Source of the DNA: an uncultured Trueperaceae bacterium
Lineage (GTDB): Bacteria; Deinococcota; Deinococci; Deinococcales; Trueperaceae
Assembly (NCBI GenBank): GCA_963727505.1
Contig: CAVSGP010000006.1
Location: 160,001 to 224,000 of the forward strand
Reading direction: 5' to 3'
DNA length: 64,000 bases
Of this stretch, positions 52,826-63,071 are shown one piece after another. Numbering within the stretch: the stretch's first letter is position 1; each line of letters starts with the position of its first letter. The notes under the pieces were generated by a model that ran no database searches, had not been told where the DNA came from, and saw only the letters and a list, made by a program, of their open reading frames with translations. The translations under genes and the position numbers were made by a program.

Positions 52826-53689
52826 ATGAGCGAGTACGCGCATCCCGAGGTGTTGGTGAGCACGCAATGGGTCGAGGAGCACCGGGCGGACGAGGGCGTC
52901 CGCGTGCTGGAGGTCGACGAGGACGTCCTCCTGTACGAACAGGGCCACGTGCCGGGCGCCGTGAAGCTCGACTGGCACACCGAGCTGCAGCGTCCCGACG
53001 TGCGCGACTTCATCGACGCCGACGGGTTCGCTTCCCTGATGAAGGCCAAGGGCGTGAGCAACGACACCACCGTCGTGATCTACGGCGACAAGTCGAACTG
53101 GTGGGCGGCGTACGCCTTCTGGTTCCTGAAGTACAACGGGCACGCGGACGTGCGGCTCATGGACGGTGGGCGCCAGAAGTGGACGGCCGAGGGCCGCGAC
53201 CTGGCCGGGGACGTCCCCAAGCCGAAACGAGGACGCTACCAGGTCCCCTACCGCGACGCCTCCATCCGGGCCTTCGCCTCCGACGTGCTGCGTCAGATCG
53301 TGGCGGTGAAGGACGGCAACGGCGCCCTGGTCGACGTTCGCAGCCCGCAGGAGTACACGGGCGAGAAGCTCCACATGCCGGAGTACCCGCAGGAGGGCGC
53401 GTTGCGGGGCGGGCACGTGCCCGGCGCGCAGAACATCCCGTGGGCGAAGGCGGTCGACGAGGACGGCACGTTCAAGGATGCCGACGCGCTGAAGGAGCTC
53501 TACGGCTCGAGCGGCGTAACGCCCGACAAGGACGTGGTGGCCTACTGCCGCATCGCGGAGCGGAGCAGCCACACCTGGTTCGTGCTGAAGTACCTGCTGG
53601 GCTACCCCAACGTTCGCAACTACGACGGCTCCTGGACCGAGTGGGGCAACATGGTCGGGGTGCCGATGAGCCAGGGCGAGGCGCCCTAG
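52826..53689 (+). CDS. Tandem-domain rhodanese / thiosulfate sulfurtransferase (CysA/SseA-like)
   Basis: [20 protein letters not shown], active-site YCRIAERS and NYDGSWTEW motifs. Confidence 0.93.
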   Translation: MSEYAHPEVLVSTQWVEEHRADEGVRVLEVDEDVLLYEQGHVPGAVKLDWHTELQRPDVRDFIDADGFASLMKAKGVSNDTTVVIYGDKSNWWAAYAFWFLKYNGHADVRLMDGGRQKWTAEGRDLAGDVPKPKRGRYQVPYRDASIRAFASDVLRQIVAVKDGNGALVDVRSPQEYTGEKLHMPEYPQEGALRGGHVPGAQNIPWAKAVDEDGTFKDADALKELYGSSGVTPDKDVVAYCRIAERSSHTWFVLKYLLGYPNVRNYDGSWTEWGNMVGVPMSQGEAP

Positions 53690-53825
53690 GCCCGGCTGCG
53701 ACCAGCGACCAGGACGAACGTGGCGGCGCGTCTAGCGTCGCCACGCGTCATCCCGGAACGTGTCGACGTAGGGGGTGTCGCCATGCTGTGCTTCCAGGGG
53801 CCGCGGAGGCCGATGGCGGCGACGT

Positions 53826-54062
53826 TCATGGTCGCCGGTCTCCGTCGTTCGCGTCGTCCCCCGGCTGCGAGGTGCTCGCCGCGGGGCGGCTCTGCGCCGG
53901 GCGCTCCTCCTCGTCGCGCTCAGGCGCCTCCTCCGAGTTCGCCTGTGCGTCGGAGCGTCGCATGAAGCGCACGAAGAACACGACCACCGCCAGCATGATC
54001 AGGAAATCGCCGATCTGCCAGAGCTGCCACCACGGGTGCGGCATGACGCCATGAGGGATCAT
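53826..54062 (-). CDS. Small single-pass membrane protein
   Basis: GAAGGAG RBS; MIPHGVMPHPWWQLWQIGDFLIMLAVVVFFVRFMRR followed by an acidic tail. Confidence 0.55.
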   Translation of the reverse strand: MIPHGVMPHPWWQLWQIGDFLIMLAVVVFFVRFMRRSDAQANSEEAPERDEEERPAQSRPAASTSQPGDDANDGDRRP

Positions 54063-54367
54063 CGCGATCGCTCCTTCCGCGGGTCGTTCACCGGTCCATC
54101 CCTCGCTCCTTCGCCGGACGCTGTATCCGGGTCCCTGCTCGGGCCGCCTCGAGATGGGGTCCATCGTACGCCTGCGCGGCAGGGTGTCCCGGGTTCGGCG
54201 GCGACCCGGTTTCCGTCTTGTCCCTTGACGCTCGTTCCGGCCAATCAATAGGCTCGCGGGGTAGCTTCTCTCAGCGCGGCGCCGGACCCGCCGCTGCCCG
54301 CGATGGCGGTGGCCTCCGGTGGACGCTCGCCACTCGTCCGGCGCCCGCGCATCTTAGGAGGTTGGGC

Positions 54368-55663
54368 GTGAAGCGTAGAGTCGTAGCGTTCCTGGCGATC
54401 GCGGCCCTGGTGCTAGCCACCGTGGGTGTCGCGAGCGCACAACAGTTCGACTGGAAGCAGTTCTCCGGCACGAAGATCCGCTTCCTGATGAACCAGCACC
54501 CCTTCACCACGTTCATCCAGCCGCTGCTGCCCGAGTTCGAGCAGCAAACGGGTATCCAGGTGACCTTCGAGACCTTCCCCGAGGATCAGTTCCGTCAGCG
54601 CCGCCTGCTCGAGGCGAGCAGCGGGGCCGACACCCTCGACGGCTACATGATCATGCCGGGACAGGTGGGCGCGCAGTATCTCGAAGCCGGCTGGGTCCGC
54701 TACGTCGATGACTTCCTGGCCGACCCCACCATGACCGACCCCAACATCGACCTGAACGACTTCTTCGGTGGTGCGCTCAACACCTTCAAGAACGGCGGCA
54801 AGGTCTTCGGTCTGCCGCTGCAGAACGAGACCAGCCTGCTGTTCTACCGCAAGGACCTGTTCCAGCAGGCCGGGATCCAGCGGCCGCCGCAAGACATGGC
54901 CGAGCTGCTGGCCGACGCGGCCCTGTTGAAGCAGGGTCGGGTGGCCGGCTTCGCGATGCGCGGCAAGGCGGCCAGCGCCACCTCGCAGATCGTGAACTTC
55001 CTGATGTCGTTCGGCGGCACCTGGCTCAACGACGATGGCACCTCGGCGCTGAACAGCTACCAGAGCAAGCAGGCGCTGGCGTTCTACGCCGATCTTCTGC
55101 GCAACTACGGCCCTCCCGGAGAGTCGAACATGTCGTGGCCGGAAGTGACCAGCATCTACGCGCAGGGCCAGGCGGCCATGATCTTCGACGCCAACGTCTT
55201 CCGCTCGATCATGGAGGACCCGCAGCAGGCGATCGACGTGGTGCGCAACAACACCGGCTACGCGCCGCTTCCGGCGGGTCCGGCCGGACTGCACCCGGTG
55301 GTGCTGGTGTGGGGTCTCAGCGTCAACCACGCCTCCAAGAACCCGGGCGCGGCCTGGTACTTCGTCCAGTGGGCGCTCTCCAAGGCCAACCAGGAGAAGG
55401 CCATCCTGGCCGGCGTCCCGGCGGCGCGCACCTCGGCGTGGCAGAACGAGGAGTTCATGAAGACCGCTCCGGCGGACTGGATCGACTCCTCGCAGAAGAG
55501 CTTCGCGGTCGGCGATCCCAACTGGAACCCGCCGGTGAAGCCGGTGCCCGAGGTCCGCGATGCGTACGGTCAGGCGATCGTGGCAGCGCTCGAGGGCAAG
55601 CCGGTCGGCCCCGCCCTGGATCAGGCCGCGAAGTCGATCGACCAGATCCTGTCGAACCAGTAG
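54368..55663 (+). CDS. Sugar (CUT1) ABC substrate-binding protein
   Basis: AGGAGG RBS, signal peptide, FEQQTGIQV, LFYRKDLF and AWYFVQW motifs. Confidence 0.9.
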   Translation: MKRRVVAFLAIAALVLATVGVASAQQFDWKQFSGTKIRFLMNQHPFTTFIQPLLPEFEQQTGIQVTFETFPEDQFRQRRLLEASSGADTLDGYMIMPGQVGAQYLEAGWVRYVDDFLADPTMTDPNIDLNDFFGGALNTFKNGGKVFGLPLQNETSLLFYRKDLFQQAGIQRPPQDMAELLADAALLKQGRVAGFAMRGKAASATSQIVNFLMSFGGTWLNDDGTSALNSYQSKQALAFYADLLRNYGPPGESNMSWPEVTSIYAQGQAAMIFDANVFRSIMEDPQQAIDVVRNNTGYAPLPAGPAGLHPVVLVWGLSVNHASKNPGAAWYFVQWALSKANQEKAILAGVPAARTSAWQNEEFMKTAPADWIDSSQKSFAVGDPNWNPPVKPVPEVRDAYGQAIVAALEGKPVGPALDQAAKSIDQILSNQ

Positions 55664-55680
55664 CGTAGCCTCCGCGCGGA

Positions 55681-55720
55681 CGGCTGCCGCCGGATCCCCG
55701 AGGGGATCCGGCGGCAGCCG
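55681..55720 (+). terminator. Near-perfect long palindrome after SBP gene
   Basis: CGGCTGCCGCCGGATCCCC-GA-GGGGATCCGGCGGCAGCCG. Confidence 0.6.
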
Positions 55721-55753
55721 CGCGAGCCCTGCGTACGAGCGAGGGACCTGTCC

Positions 55754-56629
55754 ATGACCGAGCGCGCCTCCCGCTTCTTCGATCGCAACGCGCAGTGGTT
55801 GTTCCCGCTGCCGGCGGTGATCGCCATCGTGATCCTTTTCGTCGGGCCGGTTCTGGCGAACGCATATATCTCCGTTCACGACTGGTACATCGGCGGCACC
55901 CCCAAGTACATCGGGCTGGGCAACTTCGTGCGCGCCCTGAACGACCACCGCTTCTGGAGCGGGCTGAAGAACACCTTCTATTTCACGCTCGTGGCCGTGC
56001 CCCTGGAGCTGGTGCTGGGCCTGGGCATCGCCGTGCTCTTCAACCGCGACTTCCGCGGCAAGGGCCTGGTCCGCACCGTCATCCTGCTGCCGATGGTGGC
56101 CACGCCCGTCGCCATCGCGCTGATCTGGGCGCTGATGTTCAACCCCAGCCTCGGCGTCATGAACTATTTTCTCGAGAGCCTCGGCCTGCCGCGCTCGCTG
56201 TGGGTCGCCAGCGCCCAACTCGCCATCCCCTCGCTCACGCTGGTCGACATCTGGGAGTGGACGCCCATGGTGGCGCTGATCCTGCTGGCGGCGCTGCAGG
56301 GCGTACCCACGGAGCTCTATGAGGCCGCCATCATCGACGGCGCCGGCCCGGTCCAGGCGTTCCGCTTCATCACCCTGCCGTCGATCCGCTCCGCGGCGGT
56401 CATCGCGCTCATCCTGCGGAGCATCGACGCGCTCAAGACCTTCGACATCATCTACGTCATCACCCAGGGAGGGCCGGGGATCGCCTCGGAGACGCTGAAC
56501 GTGTTCGCCTTCAAGACCGGTTTCGAGTTCTTCCGGGCGGGCTACGCCGCGTCGCTGCTGATCTTCCTGCTGGTGGCGGTGCTCGGCGTCTCGATCCTTC
56601 TCAACATGACGCGTAGGAGACCGGCATGA
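55754..56629 (+). CDS. Sugar ABC permease
   Basis: GLGNF, LLPMVATP and EAA loop LYEAAIIDGA. Confidence 0.92.
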   Translation: MTERASRFFDRNAQWLFPLPAVIAIVILFVGPVLANAYISVHDWYIGGTPKYIGLGNFVRALNDHRFWSGLKNTFYFTLVAVPLELVLGLGIAVLFNRDFRGKGLVRTVILLPMVATPVAIALIWALMFNPSLGVMNYFLESLGLPRSLWVASAQLAIPSLTLVDIWEWTPMVALILLAALQGVPTELYEAAIIDGAGPVQAFRFITLPSIRSAAVIALILRSIDALKTFDIIYVITQGGPGIASETLNVFAFKTGFEFFRAGYAASLLIFLLVAVLGVSILLNMTRRRPA

Positions 56630-57498
56630 GTGCTCTGGATCCGGGCGCCCCCAGGCGCGCGCAGGCCACGCCGGCCGGCGATCGCCGCCGTCGCCGCTTG
56701 CGTCAGATCCTCATCTACCTGCTGATGGCCGTGGTGCTCGCGATCATGCTGTTCCCGTTCTACTGGATGATTCTGACCAGTCTGCGCAGCCAGGTCGACA
56801 ACACCAGCCCGGTACCCGTGTGGTTCTTCAAGCCCACGCTGCAGAACTACGTCAACGTCATCCGGCAGAACAACTTCCTGGCCTATACCTGGCACTCCCT
56901 GGTGATCGCGACGCTCGCGACCAGCGTCGGTCTGGTCCTCGGATTGCCGGCGGCCTACTCGATCGCGCGCTACAAGCAGAACGGCCTGGCGTTCGCCATC
57001 CTGATGGCGCGGCTGACGCCCTACATCACCTACCTGGTGCCCTGGTACATGGCCTTCCGTGCCCTGCACCTGATCGATACCTACGTCGCTCTGACGGCCA
57101 CGCACCTGATCGTGGGGATGCCGCTGATCATCTGGATCATGATCAGCTTCTTCGAGGAGGTGCCGCGGGACCTCGAGGAGGCGGCCTACGTCGACGGCGC
57201 CAGCCGCTTCGGGACCTTCACGCGCATCGTGCTGCCGCTCTCGGCTCCGGGCATCGTGGCAGCGAGCATCCTGTCGTTCATCTTCAGCTGGAACCAGTTC
57301 CTGTTCAGCCTGGTGCTGTCGGGGCCGAACACCAAGCCGGTGCCGGTGGCGGTGTTCAACTTCATCAGCTACGGGCAGATCAACTTCGGTGGCCTCGGGG
57401 CGGCCGCGGTGCTGATCACGCTGCCGGTCGTGATCCTGACGCTGGCCATCCAGCGCTACATCGTGTCGGGCCTCACCATGGGGGCGGTCAAAGGCTGA
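56626..57498 (+). CDS. Sugar ABC permease
   Basis: PFYWM, LEEAAYVDGA, FSWNQF and GLTMGAVKG motifs. Confidence 0.92.
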   Translation: MSALDPGAPRRAQATPAGDRRRRRLRQILIYLLMAVVLAIMLFPFYWMILTSLRSQVDNTSPVPVWFFKPTLQNYVNVIRQNNFLAYTWHSLVIATLATSVGLVLGLPAAYSIARYKQNGLAFAILMARLTPYITYLVPWYMAFRALHLIDTYVALTATHLIVGMPLIIWIMISFFEEVPRDLEEAAYVDGASRFGTFTRIVLPLSAPGIVAASILSFIFSWNQFLFSLVLSGPNTKPVPVAVFNFISYGQINFGGLGAAAVLITLPVVILTLAIQRYIVSGLTMGAVKG

Positions 57499-57534
57499 GG
57501 AGCGCGGCGGCCGGGCCGGCGCGCAGGCGGCGGG

Positions 57535-58593
57535 CTAGAACCCTCCGTGTTCCGCCACGAACGTGAGCGCCTCTTCCTCGTAGGCCATGAAGTTGGCGCA
57601 GCCATGGCGGGTGACGACGATGGCGCCGCAGGCGTTGCCCATGCGTGCGCTCCTCACCCAGTCCCAGCCACGGGCGCGGCCGTAGATGACGCCGGCAGCG
57701 AAAGCGTCGCCCGCGCCGAGCACGTTCATCACCTCGACCTCGAAGCCGGGCACGGCGGTGACGGTGCCGTCCTCGAGATGGACGGTGCAGCCCTCGGCGC
57801 CGCGCTTCGCCAGCAGCGCCTCCGGACCGGGACGGCGCGCCAGCATGGCCGCGATGTTGGCCTCCACGTCCCCGCGGATCACCGGCGCCGAGATCTGCTG
57901 CTCCAGGATGGTGATGTCGCCGGGATCGACGAGCATGGCGGCGTTGATCTCCTCCTCGGTGCCGAACGCCACCGTGACGAGCGGCAGCAGCGCGCGCACG
58001 GCCAGGCCGAACGCGCGCGGGTCGTGCCACTGGTCGGCGCGGAAGTCGAGGTCGAGGTACACGGTGCGCCCGGCGCGCCGCGCCTGCTCGGCCGCGAAGA
58101 ACGCGGCGCTGCGGCTCGGTTCCGCGGCGAGCGCCGTGGCGGAGATCTCCAGCGCGCCGGCCTCGGCCACCGGCGCTCGCTGCACGTCGTCGATCGTGAG
58201 GGCCATGTCGGCGCAGTTGTCGCGGTAGTACACCAGCGGAAAGCGGTCGCGTTCGATGCCGAGCAGCACGGCGCTGGTGCGCTTACCGTCCTTGACGGGG
58301 ATGTAGCGCGTGTCTACCCCCTCATGGTCCAGGAAGTGCCGGACGAAGTCGCCGACCTTGTCGCGGCCGACCGCGGTCAGCAGCGCCACCTTCAGGCCGA
58401 GGCGCCGGGCGCCGACGGCGATGTTGGTGGGGCTGCCCCCCACGTAGGCGGCGAAGCTGGTGATCGCTTCGAACGGGGCGCCGATGTCGTTGCTGTACAG
58501 ATCGATCGAGGAGCGCCCCAGGGTGATGAGGTCGAAAGTGGCGGGCCCGTCGGCCGCTCGCTCGGGGGCCGGCGCGTCGGCTCCTGCGCTCAT
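57535..58593 (-). CDS. iolC: 5-dehydro-2-deoxygluconokinase (PfkB family)
   Basis: GRSSIDLY, YVGGSPTNIA, FPLVYYRDNCAD, DLDFRADQW and GAGDAF motifs. Confidence 0.85.
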   Translation of the reverse strand: MSAGADAPAPERAADGPATFDLITLGRSSIDLYSNDIGAPFEAITSFAAYVGGSPTNIAVGARRLGLKVALLTAVGRDKVGDFVRHFLDHEGVDTRYIPVKDGKRTSAVLLGIERDRFPLVYYRDNCADMALTIDDVQRAPVAEAGALEISATALAAEPSRSAAFFAAEQARRAGRTVYLDLDFRADQWHDPRAFGLAVRALLPLVTVAFGTEEEINAAMLVDPGDITILEQQISAPVIRGDVEANIAAMLARRPGPEALLAKRGAEGCTVHLEDGTVTAVPGFEVEVMNVLGAGDAFAAGVIYGRARGWDWVRSARMGNACGAIVVTRHGCANFMAYEEEALTFVAEHGGF

Positions 58594-59642
58594 CGCGACG
58601 ACCCCGCGGCGCCCCCGGGTCGGAGCAGCACCTTCGCGCCCCGCTTCGAGCGCACCACCGCGAGCGCCTCGTCCCAGGCGTTCAGGTCGAAGCGGTGCGT
58701 GATGAGGCGGTCGGCCCGGACGGCGCCGTCGGCCAGCAGGCGCAGCGCCCGCGGCCAGGCGGTCGGGACCGAGGCGTTGGTGCCGGTCACCGTGAGTTCC
58801 TTGTAGCAGACCACGTCCTGATCGAGGGCGATCCGGCGGCCGTAGAGCCCCATCTGGGCGAAGCGCCCGCCGCGGGCCACCACCTGCAGCAGCGTGGCGG
58901 CGGCCGGCTCGGCGCCGGAGCACTCGATCGCGACGTCGGCTCCATCGGCCTGCAGGGCGTCGTTCACCGCCTGTGGCACGTCGCTCTCCTGCTCGACGTC
59001 GATGGCGGCCGCGGCACCCAGCTCGCGCGCCAACGCCAGCCGGTCGCGGTCGGCGCCGGTGCCGAGCATGACGGCCCGGGCGCCGGCGGCCACCGTCAGC
59101 TGCAGTGCCAGCAGCCCGATCGGTCCCGGGCCGGTGATGGCGACGCGGTCGCCGGCCCGGACCCCCGCGGTATCGGTGACGCCGTGCACGGTGCAAGCCA
59201 GTGGTTCGGTGAGGGCGGCGTGCTCCAGCGGGAGGGCATCGGGCACGCGGTGCAGGTTGGTCGCCGGCACCAGTAGGTAGGGGGCGAAGGCGCCGTTCTC
59301 CTTGGAGCCGATGGAACGCCGCGCGCTGCAGAGATTGGGCCTCCCGCGCCGGCAATGGATGCAGCGGCCGCAGGTGGAGAAGTAGGTCTCGGACGTCACG
59401 CGGTCGCCCACGGACCAGCCCGTCACGCCGGCGCCGACCTCGGCTACGATGCCGGCGAGCTCGTGCCCCATCGTCACAGGCGGCTCGGTGGCGAACTCGT
59501 CGTCGACGATGTGGAGGTCGGTGCCGCAGATCCCGGCGGCGGCCACCTCCACGACCACCTGGCCGGGTCCGGCCGTCGGCTCTTCGACGTCGACGACGGC
59601 GACGTGCCCGGCTCCGCGGGCGAGCTTGCGAACGGCGTTCAT
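58590..59642 (-). CDS. Zn-dependent alcohol/polyol dehydrogenase
   Basis: GICGTD, GHE, CGRCIHCRRGRPNLC, EPLAC and GPGPIG motifs; ATGA-coupled to iolC. Confidence 0.92.
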   Translation of the reverse strand: MNAVRKLARGAGHVAVVDVEEPTAGPGQVVVEVAAAGICGTDLHIVDDEFATEPPVTMGHELAGIVAEVGAGVTGWSVGDRVTSETYFSTCGRCIHCRRGRPNLCSARRSIGSKENGAFAPYLLVPATNLHRVPDALPLEHAALTEPLACTVHGVTDTAGVRAGDRVAITGPGPIGLLALQLTVAAGARAVMLGTGADRDRLALARELGAAAAIDVEQESDVPQAVNDALQADGADVAIECSGAEPAAATLLQVVARGGRFAQMGLYGRRIALDQDVVCYKELTVTGTNASVPTAWPRALRLLADGAVRADRLITHRFDLNAWDEALAVVRSKRGAKVLLRPGGAAGSSR

Positions 59643-59760
59643 ACAGGCGTCCTCTCCGGTCCCGGCGTGCGCGTCGGCGCGGTTGGCAACGTTCTCATGG
59701 TAAGGGTGGCGGCCGCGTTCCTCGCGGCGTCGGTCGCTGGTGCTTCCTGGCCGGCCGGCG

Positions 59761-60261
59761 TCAGGGTTTGGACGTACTGGAGTGGGCGTCGTACTGCTTC
59801 TGCTGTTCGGGCGTCCACCAGGAGCGCATGAGTGCCAGCACGTCGCGCATGTCCTGCTGGTTCCAGGAGCCGCCCACCCCGGGCATGCTGCCCTTCCCGC
59901 CCTTGACGATGAACTGCAGGTCGATGGCGCTCTTCTGCCAGGCGGTCCCTTGCGCGTCGAGGGGAGGGATGCCAAGCCCGGGCATGGCGGCTCCCGACCC
60001 GTACGGGCCGTGGCAGGCGACGCAACTGGCGCTGTAAAGGTTGGTGGCACGCTGGAAGTCCGGTTCCGGTGGTTCCTGGGCCACGAGCGGTGGCGCTTGC
60101 CGCGCCGCCGCGTCCGGCAGGGCGGAGGTGCTTGCGGAGGCGGCCCAGGTGCCGGTGGCGGCCAGGGCGAGGACCGTGCCGAGGGCCAGCAATCCCGGCC
60201 AGCGCCGCGATCCTCCGCGGCGGTTCTGGTTAGCGTGCGTGCGGGGTTCGTCAGGGTTCAT
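59761..60261 (-). CDS. Monoheme cytochrome c
   Basis: Signal/anchor segment, CVACH heme motif and GSMPG distal Met; AGGAG RBS. Confidence 0.88.
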   Translation of the reverse strand: MNPDEPRTHANQNRRGGSRRWPGLLALGTVLALAATGTWAASASTSALPDAAARQAPPLVAQEPPEPDFQRATNLYSASCVACHGPYGSGAAMPGLGIPPLDAQGTAWQKSAIDLQFIVKGGKGSMPGVGGSWNQQDMRDVLALMRSWWTPEQQKQYDAHSSTSKP

Positions 60262-60596
60262 CGTGGTCGACTCCTGGAGGTGAGCGATGCGCGCGGTGCC
60301 GCCCGCTATCGTCGCAGCATCGCGCGGGGCGGAGACAGCGCGCCAGGGTCGGATGCCCCATGCGGGCAGCCTCCGCCAGCGTGATGCCGCGTTCCGGCGC
60401 ATGGGGTGAGGAGGTCGCGCGTCCCAGCGATGAGGGCGGCGCGGCCCGCCAGGGCGGGGGCGGGGTAGGCTGGACGGGTACGCCGCCCCAGGCGAGCGGA
60501 GGTCGCGATGACGCAGACGAGACGCCGGTGGTGAAGCGGGTGCCGGTGGCCCGCCGGCTGGAGCCGCACGTTCTGAGGGCGGCGGGCTAGGACGCC

Positions 60597-61883
60597 GTGC
60601 TGCGCTTCCGATTGAGCCTGCTGCTGGCGTCGGCGCTGCTGCTGGCGTTGCTGGCCTTCGCCGGCCTGGCGGGCACCGTCTTCGCGCAGATCCAGGACCG
60701 CGAGCTCGGGCAGCTCCTCCAGCGCGAGCTGAGCCGCGTGCAGACGCTGCTGAGCCAGGCGGCCGTGGGCGAGCAGTTCCTCGACACGCCGGGGCAGGCG
60801 ATGACGCTGCAGTTCGTTACGCGCTCCGGGCAGGTGGCGATCCCGAGCGGCGGTCCCCAGGCGCTGCCGCTGGAGGTCACGCCCACCATCGTGAAGGTGG
60901 GCGGGCGCACGCTGATGGTGGCGTCGGCGCCCTGGCAGCTCGGCGGCGGCACCACCCTCGGCACCGTGCGGTTGGGGATGGACATCACCGATGCCCTGGC
61001 GGCGCGCCGCACGCTGCGTGTCAGCCTCGTGACCTCGGGTGCGCTCATCGCCGCCGCAGCCATGCTGGCGGGACTCCTGATCCTGGGGCGAACGTTGCGG
61101 CCGCTCCGGCAGCTCGCGGTGCAGGCCGACGAGCTCGACCCGCGCGACCCGCACCTGACGGCCGTGACCGACCGCGACGATGAGGTCGGGCGGGTGTACG
61201 ACGCGTTGCGACGGGCGCTGGAGGCGATCCGTGAGCGCCAACAGGCGGAACGTGACGCTCTGGCCGAGGTGGCGCACGAGCTGGCCGCGCCGCTCTCGGT
61301 GGTGGCCGGGCAGCTCGACGCGCTCTCCGAACAGGACCCCGACCCGCACGTGCTGGCCGCGCGCGACGCGGCCCGGGAGCTGCTCTACACCTCGCAGGAT
61401 CTGCTGTCTCTGGCGCGCGGAGAGCTCGAATGGCCCGTCGAGCTGGAGGCGGTCGAGCTCGGCGAGCTGGCGCGGCGCGTGGCTCACGAGTACCCAGGCG
61501 TCGCGCTCGAGGACGAGGGAGACACCCGCGTGCTGGCCAGCCCGCAACGGCTGGCCCAGGTGGTGCGCAACCTGGTGCGCAACGCGTTGCAGGCCGCCAG
61601 CGGGCCGGCGGGCGTGCGGGTAGCGGTGACGGGGGAGGGTGAGCGGGTCCGGCTCGCCGTGCACGACGACGGGCCTGGTCTGGACGTGGAGGTGCAGCGG
61701 CGTGTGTTCGACCGCTACTACACGCGTCGCCGGGCCGCTGGCGGCAGCGGCATCGGCCTGGCGGTGGTGCGCACCATCGTCGAGGGGCACGGTGGCAGCG
61801 TGGCGGTGCGCTCGGCGCCTCGGCAGGGCACCACCTTCACGGTCGTGCTGCCGAGCCTGGAGGCCGAGATCGTCGAGGATTGA
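60597..61883 (+). CDS. Sensor histidine kinase (2 TM, HAMP, HisKA, HATPase)
   Basis: RPLRQL...DEVG HAMP, AHELAAPL H-box, NLVRNA, DDGPG and GSGIGL motifs. Confidence 0.92.
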   Translation: MLRFRLSLLLASALLLALLAFAGLAGTVFAQIQDRELGQLLQRELSRVQTLLSQAAVGEQFLDTPGQAMTLQFVTRSGQVAIPSGGPQALPLEVTPTIVKVGGRTLMVASAPWQLGGGTTLGTVRLGMDITDALAARRTLRVSLVTSGALIAAAAMLAGLLILGRTLRPLRQLAVQADELDPRDPHLTAVTDRDDEVGRVYDALRRALEAIRERQQAERDALAEVAHELAAPLSVVAGQLDALSEQDPDPHVLAARDAARELLYTSQDLLSLARGELEWPVELEAVELGELARRVAHEYPGVALEDEGDTRVLASPQRLAQVVRNLVRNALQAASGPAGVRVAVTGEGERVRLAVHDDGPGLDVEVQRRVFDRYYTRRRAAGGSGIGLAVVRTIVEGHGGSVAVRSAPRQGTTFTVVLPSLEAEIVED

Positions 61884-61956
61884 GGGGCGCGGGATCATTC
61901 CGCGACCGCGACGTCCGCGACGGCGACGCCCGCGCACACCGGGCTATCCTTGCGCC

Positions 61957-62919
61957 ATGCCCGTCCTGCTCCTGGCCATCGAACCCGAACGTCTACCGGA
62001 GGGCGTGGAGGCGCGGCTGCGGGCCGACGCGCCCGAGTACGAGGTCCTCGTCACGCGCGACCGCGACGTGGTGCGCCGCCACGCCGGCGAGATCGAGATC
62101 ATCATCGGCTTCCCACCGCGCGAGCTGCTCACGTCGATGCCGAAGCTGGCATGGTTCCAGCAGTGGGCGGCGGGCGCGGACTGGCTGCTCCGTCACCCGG
62201 AGCTGGCCGACGCTGCCTTCACGCTGACCAGCGCAGTGGGGATCCATGCCGTGCAGATCGGCGAGCACGTCTTCGCCGGGTTGCTGGCGCTGGCGCGCGA
62301 GCTACCGGCGGCGGTGCTCGCGCAGCGCGAACGACGCTGGCACGGCTTCAATGACGTCGGTACCTTCGAGCTCCATGACAAGAACCTGCTTGTGATCGGC
62401 GTGGGCGCCATCGGCGCCCGGGTCGCCGAGCTCGGCAGGGCCTTCGGGATGCACGTCACCGGCGTCCGGCGCCACCCCGACAAGGGCGTGGCGGGCGTCG
62501 AGCGCATGGTGGGCCCCGAGGGGCTCGACGCGGAGCTCGCCCGGGCCGACGCGGTGGTGCTCACCGTGCCGCTGACCGACGAGACCCGGGGGCTGCTCGA
62601 CGCCCGGCGCATCGCGGCCATGAAGCGCGGCGCGGTGCTGGTGAACATCGGGCGCGGCGGCACCGTGGACGAGGATGCTCTGGCCGCGGCGCTGGCAGAC
62701 GGGCGTCTGCGCGGCGCGGTCCTGGACGTGTTCGAGACCGAGCCCTTGCCTCCGTCCTCGCCGCTGTGGGGGTTGCCGAACCTGCTCGTCACCGGCCATT
62801 ACGCCGGCGCGACGCCGCGCTACGGCGAGCGGGCCATGGCGCTGGCGCTCGAGAACCTGGCGCGCTACCGGGCGGGCGAGCCGCTGCGGAACGTGGTGGA
62901 CAAGCGCCTGGGGTACTGA
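61957..62919 (+). CDS. D-2-hydroxyacid dehydrogenase, probably leaderless
   Basis: GVGAIG, PLTDET, VNIGRG, LDVFETEP and TGHYAG motifs. TATCCT -10 lies 6 nt before the ATG. Confidence 0.92.
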   Translation: MPVLLLAIEPERLPEGVEARLRADAPEYEVLVTRDRDVVRRHAGEIEIIIGFPPRELLTSMPKLAWFQQWAAGADWLLRHPELADAAFTLTSAVGIHAVQIGEHVFAGLLALARELPAAVLAQRERRWHGFNDVGTFELHDKNLLVIGVGAIGARVAELGRAFGMHVTGVRRHPDKGVAGVERMVGPEGLDAELARADAVVLTVPLTDETRGLLDARRIAAMKRGAVLVNIGRGGTVDEDALAAALADGRLRGAVLDVFETEPLPPSSPLWGLPNLLVTGHYAGATPRYGERAMALALENLARYRAGEPLRNVVDKRLGY

Positions 62920-63071
62920 GGGCGTCCCGCCTCGGTTGTCGCGTGCGGGGCCGACGGTGTCGGGCCTTCCGGGCCCGGCGTGGTACCATCAAGGCATCGC
63001 GGGAGAGCCGTCCCTGACGCGGTTTATCGATGGATACCGCGGGCGACCGGCCTCCCGGAGGGAGGAACCCC

